Source of the DNA: Wolbachia endosymbiont of Onchocerca ochengi
GTDB lineage: Bacteria; Pseudomonadota; Alphaproteobacteria; Rickettsiales; Anaplasmataceae
Length of the DNA: 32,000 nt
NCBI RefSeq assembly: GCF_000306885.1
Contig: NC_018267.1
Coordinates: 660,001-692,000 of the forward strand
Direction of reading: 5' to 3'
Below, one piece after another: positions 10,905-20,668 of the stretch (positions within the stretch are counted from its first letter, which is position 1; each line of letters starts with the position of its first letter). A program made the position numbers and the translations under genes. Under the pieces are notes generated by a model, which made no database searches, was not told the origin of the DNA, and worked only from the letters and a program-made list of their open reading frames with translations.

Positions 10905-11350
10905 TTTAGTTAGTAAAAGAATATAATTTTGAAAGATGTTTTTACGAGTCAACAATTTTTATGAATAAAAAATAGTATTAAGGTAACTACTATCTTCTCA
11001 GCAACCTATATCAGGCTACATTTCACTTTTGTATAAAATACCATAAATTCCTTTATCTTAATGAACTAACTGCATTAAGCTTTTGATATGCTTTGTTGAT
11101 TTTATTTTTGCTCTAGGGTTTAGTTAGCTCCAATATTCTTACACCTTATTTGTAGATATATTACTACCAGTTTCATTCTTAGTAAAACTTATTTTATTTC
11201 TTTTCATCAGGGAGAGAAAAATACAATGACGTTAAGTAAGGTAAATTTAATTACTATAAATGTTAAGAAAAGAAAAAAGATGAACGATATGTATACTTTT
11301 TTATTATTTTATGATTAAATAGTAACAATTATAATCCTATGGTAAGTAAT

Positions 11351-11923
11351 ATGTTCATTCAAATCAAAGAAACACCAAACCTAAATACGCTAAAATTTCT
11401 TCCTGGGTTTATGATTTTAAACGAAGGAGAAACGGTGGATTTTTCAAGTGCAAATGAGACAAAAAATTCTAAATTAGCAGCAAATCTTTTCCGAATAGAA
11501 CATGTGATAAGAGTATTTTTTGGTCATGATTTTATTTCAGTAACAAAATCTGATGATATTAATTGGAATACATTAAAAGTAGAAGTTTTAACTACAATTA
11601 TGGATCACTTTGCGTCTGGTGGAAAAGCTCTAAATAGAGAAGGGACGAATGATAATGACATACTAGAAGAAGAATTTTTTGATAAAAGTGACACAGAAAT
11701 TGTAAGTAGGATAAGAGAGTTAATGGAAAGTTATATCAAACCTGCAGTTGTTCAAGATGGTGGCGATATCAAATTTCGTGGTTACAAAAACGGAATAGTT
11801 TATGTTGAGCTGCAAGGAGCATGCTCTGGATGTCCGAGTGCTACAATTACTCTTAAGCAGGGGATACAAAACATGTTGTGCTACCACATACCGGAAATTT
11901 TAGGCATAGATACTATACTATGA
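11351..11923 (+). CDS. NifU/Nfu-like iron-sulfur scaffold protein
   Basis: '[19 protein letters not shown]' Nfu N-terminal domain and '[39 protein letters not shown]' with CxxC. The internal ATG at 11351 is preferred over 11339. Confidence 0.88.
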   Translation: MFIQIKETPNLNTLKFLPGFMILNEGETVDFSSANETKNSKLAANLFRIEHVIRVFFGHDFISVTKSDDINWNTLKVEVLTTIMDHFASGGKALNREGTNDNDILEEEFFDKSDTEIVSRIRELMESYIKPAVVQDGGDIKFRGYKNGIVYVELQGACSGCPSATITLKQGIQNMLCYHIPEILGIDTIL

Positions 11924-13161
11924 CTACTCAACCAGTTAGAGGAACAAAAGATCTACTGTTTGATGAATGGTATAAATTTAAATATATAGAACAAACAGCA
12001 AACAGGATTTCAAATTTATATGGTTTTTTGCCTGCTCAAACTCCGATATTTGAATATACAGAAGTTTTCACAAAGACTTTAGGTAATAGTTCAGATATCA
12101 TTAATAAAGAGATGTATACCTTTAATGATAAAGGAGGAAAGAGCATAACTTTGCGTCCTGAGTTTACTGCTGCAGTTGTTAGGTTATTGATTGAAAAAAA
12201 ACTGCAAACGCCGATAAAATTGTTTTCAACAGGACCTGCATTCCGATATGAGAGACCACAAAAGGGAAGGCAAAGACAGTTTCACCAAATAAATTTTGAA
12301 GTTTTTGGTATAGAAGACCCGAAAACTGATGTTGAATTGATATCACTTGCTCAACATCTGTTAACTGAATTTGGTCTTGATAAGAATTTAAGGCTAGAAA
12401 TTAATTCTTTAGGTAGTAGTGAAACAATGCCAAAATATAGAGAAGCTTTGGTATCATATTTTAAAAAGTTTCAAAATGACTTATCAGAAGATAGCCAAAA
12501 TAGATTGATTAAAAACCCACTCAGAATATTAGATTCTAAGGATAAGAAAGATAAAGAAATAATCTCTGGTGCACCTAAAATCAGTGATCATTATACAAAA
12601 GGGTCCTTATATTTTTTTGATCAAATATTAAATGGATTAACAATTCTTAATATACCTTACACCGTAAACAGTAAATTAGTTCGGGGATTAGATTATTATT
12701 GCCATACAGTGTTTGAATTTGTCACAGAAGATTTGGGTGGCCAAGGAACAGTATTTGCAGGTGGAAGGTATGATAATCTGATGTCTTCAGTAGGTGAAAA
12801 ATACACTCCAGCAATAGGATTTGCTGGAGGTATTGAGCGCATAATGGAATTAATTAGTTACTCTATAAAAGAGGAGAGACCTACTTATCTAGTCCCTATT
12901 GGCGGGGAAGCTGAAAAATATGCTTTAATACTTGCAAATAAATTGCGCAGGAGTGGTTTATACGTAATCCATGAATATAGTGGAACGCTTAAAAGTCGTA
13001 TGAGAAAAGCAAGTCAAGCAAATGCTAAAGCTGCAGTTATTTTCGGTAATGAAGAATTGAGTAGTAAAACTTTAAAAATTAAAGATATGGATACAGGTGA
13101 AGAAAAGATAGTTACTTGTGATGATATAATAGGAAACGTTTATCAAGCTTTGTTTACATAA
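11920..13161 (+). CDS. hisS: Histidyl-tRNA synthetase
   Basis: '[14 protein letters not shown]', '[14 protein letters not shown]', '[26 protein letters not shown]', '[15 protein letters not shown]'. The start is set at ATG 11920, which overlaps the preceding stop (ATGA); the supplied ORF starts at 11878. Confidence 0.95.
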   Translation: MTTQPVRGTKDLLFDEWYKFKYIEQTANRISNLYGFLPAQTPIFEYTEVFTKTLGNSSDIINKEMYTFNDKGGKSITLRPEFTAAVVRLLIEKKLQTPIKLFSTGPAFRYERPQKGRQRQFHQINFEVFGIEDPKTDVELISLAQHLLTEFGLDKNLRLEINSLGSSETMPKYREALVSYFKKFQNDLSEDSQNRLIKNPLRILDSKDKKDKEIISGAPKISDHYTKGSLYFFDQILNGLTILNIPYTVNSKLVRGLDYYCHTVFEFVTEDLGGQGTVFAGGRYDNLMSSVGEKYTPAIGFAGGIERIMELISYSIKEERPTYLVPIGGEAEKYALILANKLRRSGLYVIHEYSGTLKSRMRKASQANAKAAVIFGNEELSSKTLKIKDMDTGEEKIVTCDDIIGNVYQALFT

Positions 13162-13177
13162 GTTGAATAAATATAAT

Positions 13178-13675
13178 TTATTTCGTGCGGCACGAACCAT
13201 GCATTTTTTGATATGCCTTTTGAAAACCAAGTAGAGAATAAGTATCATCAACAGTTATTGCCTTTATTTTTCCACTAACTACCATCGATAATCCTTGCTT
13301 CATTTTGAGGATTAGATCCTGGTCTGTTTTTGTATGCTCCGCCCACGCAAAATTTCCCTGTATTATGGGCAACATATATTCAACTTTTCTATCGACGTCA
13401 AGAATTACAGGCTCTTTGTCATACTGCAAGCCAGAAGTGACGCTCACCTCATCTGCTCTTTTACTGACGTAACTAACCATCACATATGGCTTGCGAGCAG
13501 TTGTATAATGTTCGCTTTTTTTCTTAGGATAAGATATAATGTAACACACTTTTTCTCCATCTTCTAATGCAGTGTACACAAACCAATCTTTATACTTTTC
13601 CTTTAACTGCACACTATTAACTGATGCAAGAGCGCTTGTTGAGGAAAATATCAAAAACATGAAAAAACTAAACAT
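13178..13675 (-). CDS. Invasion-associated locus B (IalB)-family protein with signal peptide
   Basis: 165 aa with hydrophobic N-terminus and 'WFVYTALEDGEKVCYIISYPKK' followed by 'RKPYVMVSYVSKRADEVSVTSG', the IalB-like pattern. Confidence 0.65.
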   Translation of the reverse strand: MFSFFMFLIFSSTSALASVNSVQLKEKYKDWFVYTALEDGEKVCYIISYPKKKSEHYTTARKPYVMVSYVSKRADEVSVTSGLQYDKEPVILDVDRKVEYMLPIIQGNFAWAEHTKTDQDLILKMKQGLSMVVSGKIKAITVDDTYSLLGFQKAYQKMHGSCRTK

Positions 13676-14561
13676 ATAAGTTAAGCTTTAAACTCTCTGA
13701 TTGTATATATTGCTTTACCTTACTCATTGCTTGTTCAGCTAGCTGTCTTATCCTTTCCCTTGAAACATTATACTTTTTACCAAGTTCATCTAGAGTTTGA
13801 GTGTTTTCAGACAAATATCTGCTAATAAAGATGTCTCTTGATCTTTCGTTAAGGTTTGCTAATGCATTGTTTAGAATTGTTTCTTTTAATTCTTTTTCTT
13901 CATGATTCTGATAAGTTACTTCTTGACTAACAGAATTACAAGGAATCATATCTTGCAGCTCTTTTTTAGAACCATCACCTACTTTTAGGCAACTATTTAG
14001 TGACTGATCCTTATAAGCTAAACGGTAACTCATCTGTATAACATCCCCTTCAGATACAGCAAGTTCATTAGATATTGCTTTTATTTCTTCATTGCTTAAG
14101 GTCTCTCTGTTTGTATATTGTAAAATTCTTTTCTTTATTTTACGCAAACTAAAAAATAACTTTCTTTGTGCTTGCGTTGTGCCTATTTTTATAAACGACC
14201 AAGACTTCAATATAAAGTCTTTTATTGAAGCTTCAATCCACCATACCGCATAAGTTGAAAAGCGGAACCCTAAATTAGGATTAAACTTTTTTACTGCATG
14301 CATTAAACCTATATTTCCTTCCATGATTAAGTCCATCAGTAGTAGCCCATAATTTTTGAACTTCATTGCAATTTTTACTACTAAGTTTAAATGACTAGTA
14401 ATTAGCTTATGAGCAGAAGAAATATTCTTGTATTGGTGCCAGTTTTTTGCTAATCGCGTTTCTTCTTCTTGGGAAAGCATAGGAAATTTTTGTACCTCAG
14501 CAATATATTGCATTAGACTAGCGCTACCGTTAATACATAAATTCAATGCTTGGATTAACAT
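13668..14561 (-). CDS. rpoH: RNA polymerase sigma-32 factor
   Basis: 'LITSHLNLVVKIAMKFKNYGLLLMDLIMEGNIGLMHAVKKFNPNLGFRFSTYAVWWIEASIKDFI' (region 2), the RpoH-box-like 'QRKLFFSLRKIKKRI', and 'TLDELGKKYNVSRERIRQLAEQAMSKVK' (region 4.2). Confidence 0.92.
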   Translation of the reverse strand: MLIQALNLCINGSASLMQYIAEVQKFPMLSQEEETRLAKNWHQYKNISSAHKLITSHLNLVVKIAMKFKNYGLLLMDLIMEGNIGLMHAVKKFNPNLGFRFSTYAVWWIEASIKDFILKSWSFIKIGTTQAQRKLFFSLRKIKKRILQYTNRETLSNEEIKAISNELAVSEGDVIQMSYRLAYKDQSLNSCLKVGDGSKKELQDMIPCNSVSQEVTYQNHEEKELKETILNNALANLNERSRDIFISRYLSENTQTLDELGKKYNVSRERIRQLAEQAMSKVKQYIQSESLKLNLYV

Positions 14562-14843
14562 AACAACATAAACTAAAACTCTATATAGTATAGATGATTT
14601 TTAGCAAAAATTCAAGTTTTTATTTTAAAAAAAATGTAACTTATTGCTTTGCGCCTGATTGGAAACTTTGTAGACTTCAATATTAGTTATTAGTTATGCT
14701 ATACAAACTGAAGTATAGTATATATAGTAAATACTGTTGTTCCAGTGTCCAAAAACACTGGATTTCACGTTTCTTTTTTCTAAGTCCCAGCACTAGCTAC
14801 TTGAACAACAAAACCGGGACAAAAAGAAGAGTTACAAAATAGG

Positions 14844-15554
14844 CTAGAAGTTAAACATCAATCCAGCTTCTGCGCCAACAGTGCTGTAAAGAACTTTGAT
14901 TCCATCTTTGGTAGGTTGCTGACCACTTTCGACAACTGGTTTATCAAACTTAGCACCATAAGAACCAAAGTAGCGAGCTCCAGCGAAAAGTTTGACTTCT
15001 GGAGTTACATCATAACTGACACCAGCTTTTGCTTGGTAAGCAAAACCAAATCCATATTCCTTATCACCTGTAACTTTTATTGCTAGAGGATTGCTGAGAT
15101 ATGCTGCACCAACACCAATGCCAACATATGGAATAACAGGCATATCTTCAATTACTACATCATAATATACGTTAACTAATCCTGAAAGTGCATTGAGATT
15201 ATCTGCAATTGCTGGAGCAGGAGCTGTTTCAAATGTATCCCTGCTTAGCTGTGAGTAAAGACCTTCAATATCAACCCTGATATCGTCCATTTTATAACCG
15301 AAAGCACTACCACCAGCCATAAAAGAAGCTTTATAAAGGTCAGTAGTGACATTAGTATCTGCATTCTTCTTTTTAGCACCTGTAACACCATCAATCTCTG
15401 TTTTAAAAGGTAAAAACTCACTGTTGTACTGCAAGCGAATATAGCAACTAGTTTCTTCATCAGCTATTGGACCAACAGGATTTGAAAAAGCAGCGTTTGA
15501 TAAACTTAGCAACGTTACTAAAGCGGTTGCTGAAAAAAACTTTTTATAATGCAT
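14844..15554 (-). CDS. wsp: Wolbachia surface protein (WSP), outer membrane protein
   Basis: 'MHYKKFFSATALVTLLSLSNAAFSNPVGPIADEETSCYIRLQYNSEFLPF', 'FGYKMDDIRVDIEGLYSQL', 'VNVYYDVVIEDMPVIPYVGIGVGAAYLSNP' and 'ELKLFAGARYFGSYGAKFD'-type blocks match WSP. The ATG at 15554 fits the signal peptide better than the listed 15569 start. Confidence 0.95.
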   Translation of the reverse strand: MHYKKFFSATALVTLLSLSNAAFSNPVGPIADEETSCYIRLQYNSEFLPFKTEIDGVTGAKKKNADTNVTTDLYKASFMAGGSAFGYKMDDIRVDIEGLYSQLSRDTFETAPAPAIADNLNALSGLVNVYYDVVIEDMPVIPYVGIGVGAAYLSNPLAIKVTGDKEYGFGFAYQAKAGVSYDVTPEVKLFAGARYFGSYGAKFDKPVVESGQQPTKDGIKVLYSTVGAEAGLMFNF

Positions 15555-15865
15555 AGTTACCCTCGTCAAAAAAAAATTAAAATTTCACTTTAGCAATTTT
15601 AATAAAAGCTAAAGTTAAGTCAAGTACTAACTTAATAACACAAAATGCTTGCCATTTAAACTAATTTTTGGAGGAAGGTAAAGATTTAGTTAATGAAAAT
15701 GAAATTATGTAACTTTTTATCCTAAGTATTCTCTTTTGACTCTTTGCATTATTTTTTACTGCTGTAGCACCACTTACTTTTGTATGATAATGTGATAGGT
15801 GCATTATATAAAAACGATGGTAACACTAGAAATATCAGAGACTTAATCAGTAATACGAAAAAACT

Positions 15866-16198
15866 TTAAAAAGGAAGCTTAAATCCAGAGGGTAGACCAA
15901 TCATACTTGCAAGATCAGAGGTTGCATTCGTCATCTCTGCTTCTGCTTTTTTAATGGCATCGTTGAACGCTGCTACTACTAAGTCTTCTACTATGTCTTT
16001 CTCCTCATTTCTTATAAATTCTAAGTCTATATTTATTTTCTTAGCTTTATAGCTACCTATTTTTACAACTTCTACTAACACAGAAACTTTGCCACCACCA
16101 GAAATACCTTGAAATTCTTTCCCAACGTATTTTTCTTGAGCTTCTATAAGTTTCTTTTGCATTTCTTGTGCTTGCTTCATTATTTGACTAAAATCCAC
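15866..16198 (-). CDS. YbaB/EbfC family nucleoid-associated protein
   Basis: 110 aa 'MDFSQIMKQAQEMQKKLIEAQEKYVGKEFQGISGGGKVSVLV...IVEDLVVAAFNDAIKKAEAEM'. It lies immediately downstream of dnaX, the classical dnaX-ybaB order. Confidence 0.88.
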   Translation of the reverse strand: MDFSQIMKQAQEMQKKLIEAQEKYVGKEFQGISGGGKVSVLVEVVKIGSYKAKKINIDLEFIRNEEKDIVEDLVVAAFNDAIKKAEAEMTNATSDLASMIGLPSGFKLPF

Positions 16199-16201
16199 AA
16201 T

Positions 16202-17686
16202 TTACTCCTTACTCTCTATATTAACTATCTTTGCACCCTTAAACGTATCAAGTATACCTTTGACTGTAGGTACATGATTTAAGTTACTTATCTCTCTATT
16301 TATATAACCTACATCAACTGTAACTAACCATTGTTGTTGAGTTACCTGATCTAAGTAATTTTTTAAATCATTACAAAAGTTACTATCTAATTGAGATACA
16401 GCCTTTAATCTTAAATATCCAGGCTTGCAATCTACTAATTGTAAATTGCTACATAGTTGTTTGTAAAGATAAACTTGGTTATCTTGTCGTAATAGTTGCA
16501 GAATTTTATCAAAATCATAATTTTCTTGTTGTGTATTTCCTATATTATAGATATCTCTTTGCCGTGTATTCTGCGCAAGAATTTTTTTGATCACTTGTTC
16601 AGGAGAAGGCAAATCAGAGAGATAACAAAGGCTGATTAGCATCATTTCAGCGGCAATATCATTACATGACGAAACTTTTATAGCTTGAATTCCCTTGAGC
16701 AACACCTTCCATAATCTCGAGAAAAATATTAGAGATTTCCTTGCACTTAAGTCTTTTATCCTATCTTTTCCATGTTCTAGCAATGAACTGTCGACCTCTT
16801 TTGTAATCAAAAAACGGCATATTAATTGGATTGTTTGCAACAGATTTTCGAAGATACTAAGTGGATTTGCTGTCTTTGCTGCCTTGTCAAACACCAATAA
16901 AGCCTTCCGTAAATCGCTATCTAATACTGCTTCCATTAAATCAAATACAATACCTTCATCTACTAAACCAAGTATTTCTGTTACATCCTCAGTAGATATT
17001 GAACCATTTTTGCTATATAACATCGCTTGATTCATCAGAAATAAGGCGTTACGCATTGAATTGCTACAATGGTGTGCAATTAACTCTAATGCTCTATTTT
17101 CAATTAAATAATTCTCTTTTTGTGCAATGTCATTCAAGCGTCCTACTATTTTAGTAGCAGGTATTTTATACAAATCAAACCTTTGACAACGTGCAATAAT
17201 AGTTATTGGCATCTTTTTTATTTCTGTAGTTGCTAAAATAAATTTTACACTAGATGGTGGCTCTTCTAAGGTTTTAAGTAATGCATTAAATGCACTGCCC
17301 GATAACATGTGTACTTCATCTATAATATATATTTTGAATTTGGAACTTATGGGTAAGTAACAAATATTTTCTAATATCACTTTAATATCTTCAATGCTAG
17401 TATGACTTGCTGCATCAATTTCAATCACGTCTGAATGATTTGAGTTTTTTATTGCTAAACAATTTTCACATAATCCACAAGGTTCAAAAGTTGGTCCTAA
17501 AGAACAATTTAAACATAAGGCTATGATTCTTGCTGTTGTAGTTTTACCAACTCCACTACTGCCAGAGAGTAGTATAGATTGTGGGATTTTGTTAAGAGTA
17601 AAGGCGTTTTTTAATATACGTACTAATACGTCTTGACCTATCAAGTCTTTGAAGCTGTCAGGACGATATTTTAATGCTATATTCAT
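16202..17686 (-). CDS. dnaX: DNA polymerase III subunit gamma/tau
   Basis: 'ALKYRPDSFKDLIGQDVLVRILKNAF', Walker A 'GSSGVGKTTTARI', 'YIIDEVHMLSGSAFNALLKTLEEPPSSVKFILATTEIKKMPITIIARCQRF'. Confidence 0.94.
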   Translation of the reverse strand: MNIALKYRPDSFKDLIGQDVLVRILKNAFTLNKIPQSILLSGSSGVGKTTTARIIALCLNCSLGPTFEPCGLCENCLAIKNSNHSDVIEIDAASHTSIEDIKVILENICYLPISSKFKIYIIDEVHMLSGSAFNALLKTLEEPPSSVKFILATTEIKKMPITIIARCQRFDLYKIPATKIVGRLNDIAQKENYLIENRALELIAHHCSNSMRNALFLMNQAMLYSKNGSISTEDVTEILGLVDEGIVFDLMEAVLDSDLRKALLVFDKAAKTANPLSIFENLLQTIQLICRFLITKEVDSSLLEHGKDRIKDLSARKSLIFFSRLWKVLLKGIQAIKVSSCNDIAAEMMLISLCYLSDLPSPEQVIKKILAQNTRQRDIYNIGNTQQENYDFDKILQLLRQDNQVYLYKQLCSNLQLVDCKPGYLRLKAVSQLDSNFCNDLKNYLDQVTQQQWLVTVDVGYINREISNLNHVPTVKGILDTFKGAKIVNIESKE

Positions 17687-17717
17687 AGCCTTTAACTAAA
17701 CCAAAAACAATGAAATA

Positions 17718-17797
17718 GGTATGCAACCCAAAAAAGATCCTGATATGGCTGCTTCATTCCTGATCTGACCAAGTTACAGAGTTTTTGCCTGCATACC
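17718..17797 (-). ncRNA. ffs: Bacterial-type signal recognition particle RNA (4.5S)
   Basis: The - strand reads ggtatgcaggcaaaaactctgtaacttGGTCAGatcaGGAAtgaAGCAGCCatatcaggatcttttttgggttgcatacc. It contains the SRP apical core GGTCAG...GGAA...AGCAGCC and terminal arms GGTATGCA/TGCATACC. TATAAT lies about 10 nt upstream (complement of 17807..17812). The position 5' of dnaX is conserved in many bacteria. Exact ends are approximate. Confidence 0.82.
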
Positions 17798-18050
17798 TTG
17801 TAAAATATTATACTTTTTTTTTTTATTTGGCAAGCTATATTCTATATTAGCCCTATAGTTTAATGTGTTAAATTTTTTACAGTTCTACTTTAAGGTAAAT
17901 AAAAGGTTAGTTTGTTATGCAGGTCACCATAGGATTATTAATCCAATATCTATCTATGTCATTTCAGTGCTTATTTATATCATCTAAGTATGTGATAGCG
18001 GAACTGCACTGGAATAGTGAAGAGAAGAGAGGCAGCAAAATGGGGAGTTT

Positions 18051-18704
18051 ATGATTTTATATTATTTTCCTCTTTGCCCATTTTCACGAAAAGTTAGAGC
18101 ACTACTCAAAGAAAAAAAGTTAAGTTGTGATTTAATATATGAAAATCCATGGGAAAAACGTAATGAATTTATGAAGATTAACCCAACTGGACAAGTACCA
18201 GTCCTTATAGACAATAATTTTACCATAGCAGACAGCAATGCCATTTGTGAATACCTAGAAGAAACTTATAACAGCAGTATTAAACTGTTGGATTTTTCTG
18301 CTGCTATTAAGTCTAAAATACGAGCTTTAATTAGCTGGTTTGACAATAAATTTTATAATGAGGTTACTAAGTACATCATAAATGAGAAAGTGATAACTAA
18401 CCGTAGTCCTGACTCTAGGTTTCTTCATGCAGCTAAGCACAACCTATCTTGTCATATAGAATATATTGAACACTTAATTAGCAAAAATGTTTGGCTTGCA
18501 ACTAATAAGTTCACTTTAGCCGATATTACTTTAGCGTCACATATTTCTGTGATGGATTATGTAAATAGTTTTCCATGGGAAAAAAGTAAAATTTTAAAAG
18601 AATGGTACTCTATTGTTAAATCGAGACCTTGTTTTCGTGGTATGTTATTAGAGAGAGTTCTTGGATTAACTCCTCCTAAACATTATGCAGATCTTGATTT
18701 CTAA
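18051..18704 (+). CDS. Glutathione S-transferase family protein (SspA/stringent-starvation-like)
   Basis: 'LYYFPLCPFSRKVRALLKEKKL', 'NPTGQVPVLIDNNFTIADSNAICEYLEE', and C-terminal 'FTLADITLASHIS'. Confidence 0.85.
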   Translation: MILYYFPLCPFSRKVRALLKEKKLSCDLIYENPWEKRNEFMKINPTGQVPVLIDNNFTIADSNAICEYLEETYNSSIKLLDFSAAIKSKIRALISWFDNKFYNEVTKYIINEKVITNRSPDSRFLHAAKHNLSCHIEYIEHLISKNVWLATNKFTLADITLASHISVMDYVNSFPWEKSKILKEWYSIVKSRPCFRGMLLERVLGLTPPKHYADLDF

Positions 18705-18705
18705 C

Positions 18706-19356
18706 TTACGTCAGCTTTAAAGCTACAGTCATTCCTTCATCAGTTGGAATTAACACAGAGTAATACTTTTTTTCGTCTGACAGACGATAATTAAATTCTC
18801 TCATAGCATACCATGATTTTTCTGATACTTTTTTTGGAGGTGATTTCAAAAATACCGTGTTAAACAATAGAGTATTATCAGCAACGATTAGTCCATCTTG
18901 TTTAATATGTAGCTCTGCCCAATCTAAGTATTTAGGATAATCACTCTTGTTAGCATCGATAAATATCATATCAAATGGTGCTTGTGTTGATAACTCGTTC
19001 AATTTTTCCGATGCGCTGCCTTCTATTAAAGTAATTTTATTATTCAGATTAAAAGCACTAAAATTTTTTCTTGCTATACTTGAGTGTTTGTGGTTATTCT
19101 CTACCGTGTATACATGGCCGTGCTCAGGCATAGCTTTTGCCATACAAATCGATGAGTAACCGTATAACGTGCCGATTTCAACGATACTTCTTACTTTGTG
19201 AATTTTTATAAATAAACTAAGTAACTTTCCTTCTTCAGCGCTAATTTGAATATGTTTCTTACTTTTAAGTATACAATGCTCCTCTATTTTTTTGCATTCC
19301 TTTACAAATAAGTCTCTTATGTATGATGATTTAGTGCTGGAGTTATTACGTGTCAT
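18706..19356 (-). CDS. SAM-dependent O-methyltransferase (family 3 type)
   Basis: 'IVEIGTLYGYSSICMAKAMPEHGHVYTVENN', 'FDMIFIDANKSDYPKYLDW', 'GLIVADNTLL'. Confidence 0.87.
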   Translation of the reverse strand: MTRNNSSTKSSYIRDLFVKECKKIEEHCILKSKKHIQISAEEGKLLSLFIKIHKVRSIVEIGTLYGYSSICMAKAMPEHGHVYTVENNHKHSSIARKNFSAFNLNNKITLIEGSASEKLNELSTQAPFDMIFIDANKSDYPKYLDWAELHIKQDGLIVADNTLLFNTVFLKSPPKKVSEKSWYAMREFNYRLSDEKKYYSVLIPTDEGMTVALKLT

Positions 19357-19592
19357 ATTTCGTACTAAAAATTTGACTTACGTAAAATACATATACAACT
19401 TGAGATAGTAAAACATTTACCTTAAGTTACTATTTTACAGCGTAAAATTTTAAGTGACAAAAATTATTATATATAATATTATAATTAACTAGTATAACAG
19501 TTGGTCAATTGTTGTACACTAGAATTGAAGGGGCTGCTTACACGCATTTCTCTTTTATTAAAAGATAATTTTTATATCAATTAGAGGGGTAT

Positions 19593-19871
19593 ATGTCTTA
19601 TAATATTGCTGGTGAAGTTGAATCGTTAAATAAAAAATCCAATAAAGACGAAGGGGTTGCATTACTGCATAACCCAGCTTATCGTGAGAAATATAGGGAA
19701 CGTTTTGATGAAGCTCAGAAGAAAGTTATGGATATGGTTCAATTTTATGATGGAACTATAATGTTAATAGAAAATAAAATTGCTATGTATTACTATGCCT
19801 GGCACAGTAAAAAAAGAGAGTTTGAGCGCAAAAAACAGCAAGCAGTGATGAAAAGCGACAATACAGCATAG
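19593..19871 (+). CDS. Hypothetical protein, 92 aa, strongly charged
   Basis: Intact ORF starting ATG with a good ribosome-binding-like 'agagggg' 5-6 nt upstream. No family recognised. Confidence 0.6.
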   Translation: MSYNIAGEVESLNKKSNKDEGVALLHNPAYREKYRERFDEAQKKVMDMVQFYDGTIMLIENKIAMYYYAWHSKKREFERKKQQAVMKSDNTA

Positions 19872-19909
19872 TAATCTTTTATGTGATAAGCTACAGTGGT
19901 ATTGTTTCA

Positions 19910-20605
19910 CTATGGCTTTTTCACATAGTCATCTATTATGTTAGCTAAGTACTCTAGTGTTTTATACCCTTCATGTTTAATTTTGTTATGTTCTACATAT
20001 GATTTATCGTTGTTAAGCTTGATAAAAAATATTGGAGTACCTGTGACGCCGAGTTTATTAATTGCTAGTGACTTATCGTTTATGACTTTATCCATTATTT
20101 TCCTATCATTGATGCATTGATTGAATGTGCTTTGCTTTAAATTACTTAGTGCAGCAACTTTTTGTAATACAGTTAAGTCACTTAAATTAGAGTAGTTCCA
20201 TGAATCTATTAAATTAAAAACAGCTTTATTAAAGTTAAAATAGTCTTCTGTTCTTTCGTAACAATGGCTTAGCATTGCAGCTTTTAATCCCCTATAATCC
20301 ATAGGGAAATGACGAAATATATATAACATTTTTCCTGTATCTATGTATTTCTTTTTAATTTTGGGGAAAACTTCTTTATGGAAAAGATAACAGTGATAGC
20401 AAGTAAGTGAAGCATATTCAATCATTAGAATTGGTGCCTTTGGATCTCCTAATAATTTATCGTCAGCTAAAGGTGATAGCAGCTCCTTTGGTGTTATCTC
20501 ACTAGTTTTTTGAGTATACTGATCATCGGATAAGCCTTCCTTAACAACCGTATAAGAATTAATACTTATGAAAATTAATGCAAAAAACATCAGCCTAAAG
20601 ATCAT
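19910..20605 (-). CDS. DsbA-family thioredoxin-fold disulfide oxidoreductase/isomerase
   Basis: Signal-peptide-like N-terminus, 'GDPKAPILMIEYASLTCYHCYLFHKEVFPKIKKKYI' (CYHC active site), 'HFPMDYRGLKAAMLSHC', and 'GVTGTPIFFI' (cis-Pro). Confidence 0.85.
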   Translation of the reverse strand: MIFRLMFFALIFISINSYTVVKEGLSDDQYTQKTSEITPKELLSPLADDKLLGDPKAPILMIEYASLTCYHCYLFHKEVFPKIKKKYIDTGKMLYIFRHFPMDYRGLKAAMLSHCYERTEDYFNFNKAVFNLIDSWNYSNLSDLTVLQKVAALSNLKQSTFNQCINDRKIMDKVINDKSLAINKLGVTGTPIFFIKLNNDKSYVEHNKIKHEGYKTLEYLANIIDDYVKKP

Positions 20606-20668
20606 TGCAGTATAAATATTAATTGACTAAAAAACTATACGTTTACATAAATAATGTCAAGCTAACTT

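Noticed and set aside
11226-11318. 30 aa ORF MTLSKVNLITINVKKRKKMNDMYTFLLFYD between purF and the Nfu-like gene
   Set aside because: Too short and low-complexity, and no supporting context beyond a weak purine-rich upstream stretch.
15245-15460. 71 aa - strand ORF overlapping wsp in another frame
   Set aside because: It is fully inside wsp and wsp fits the family well.
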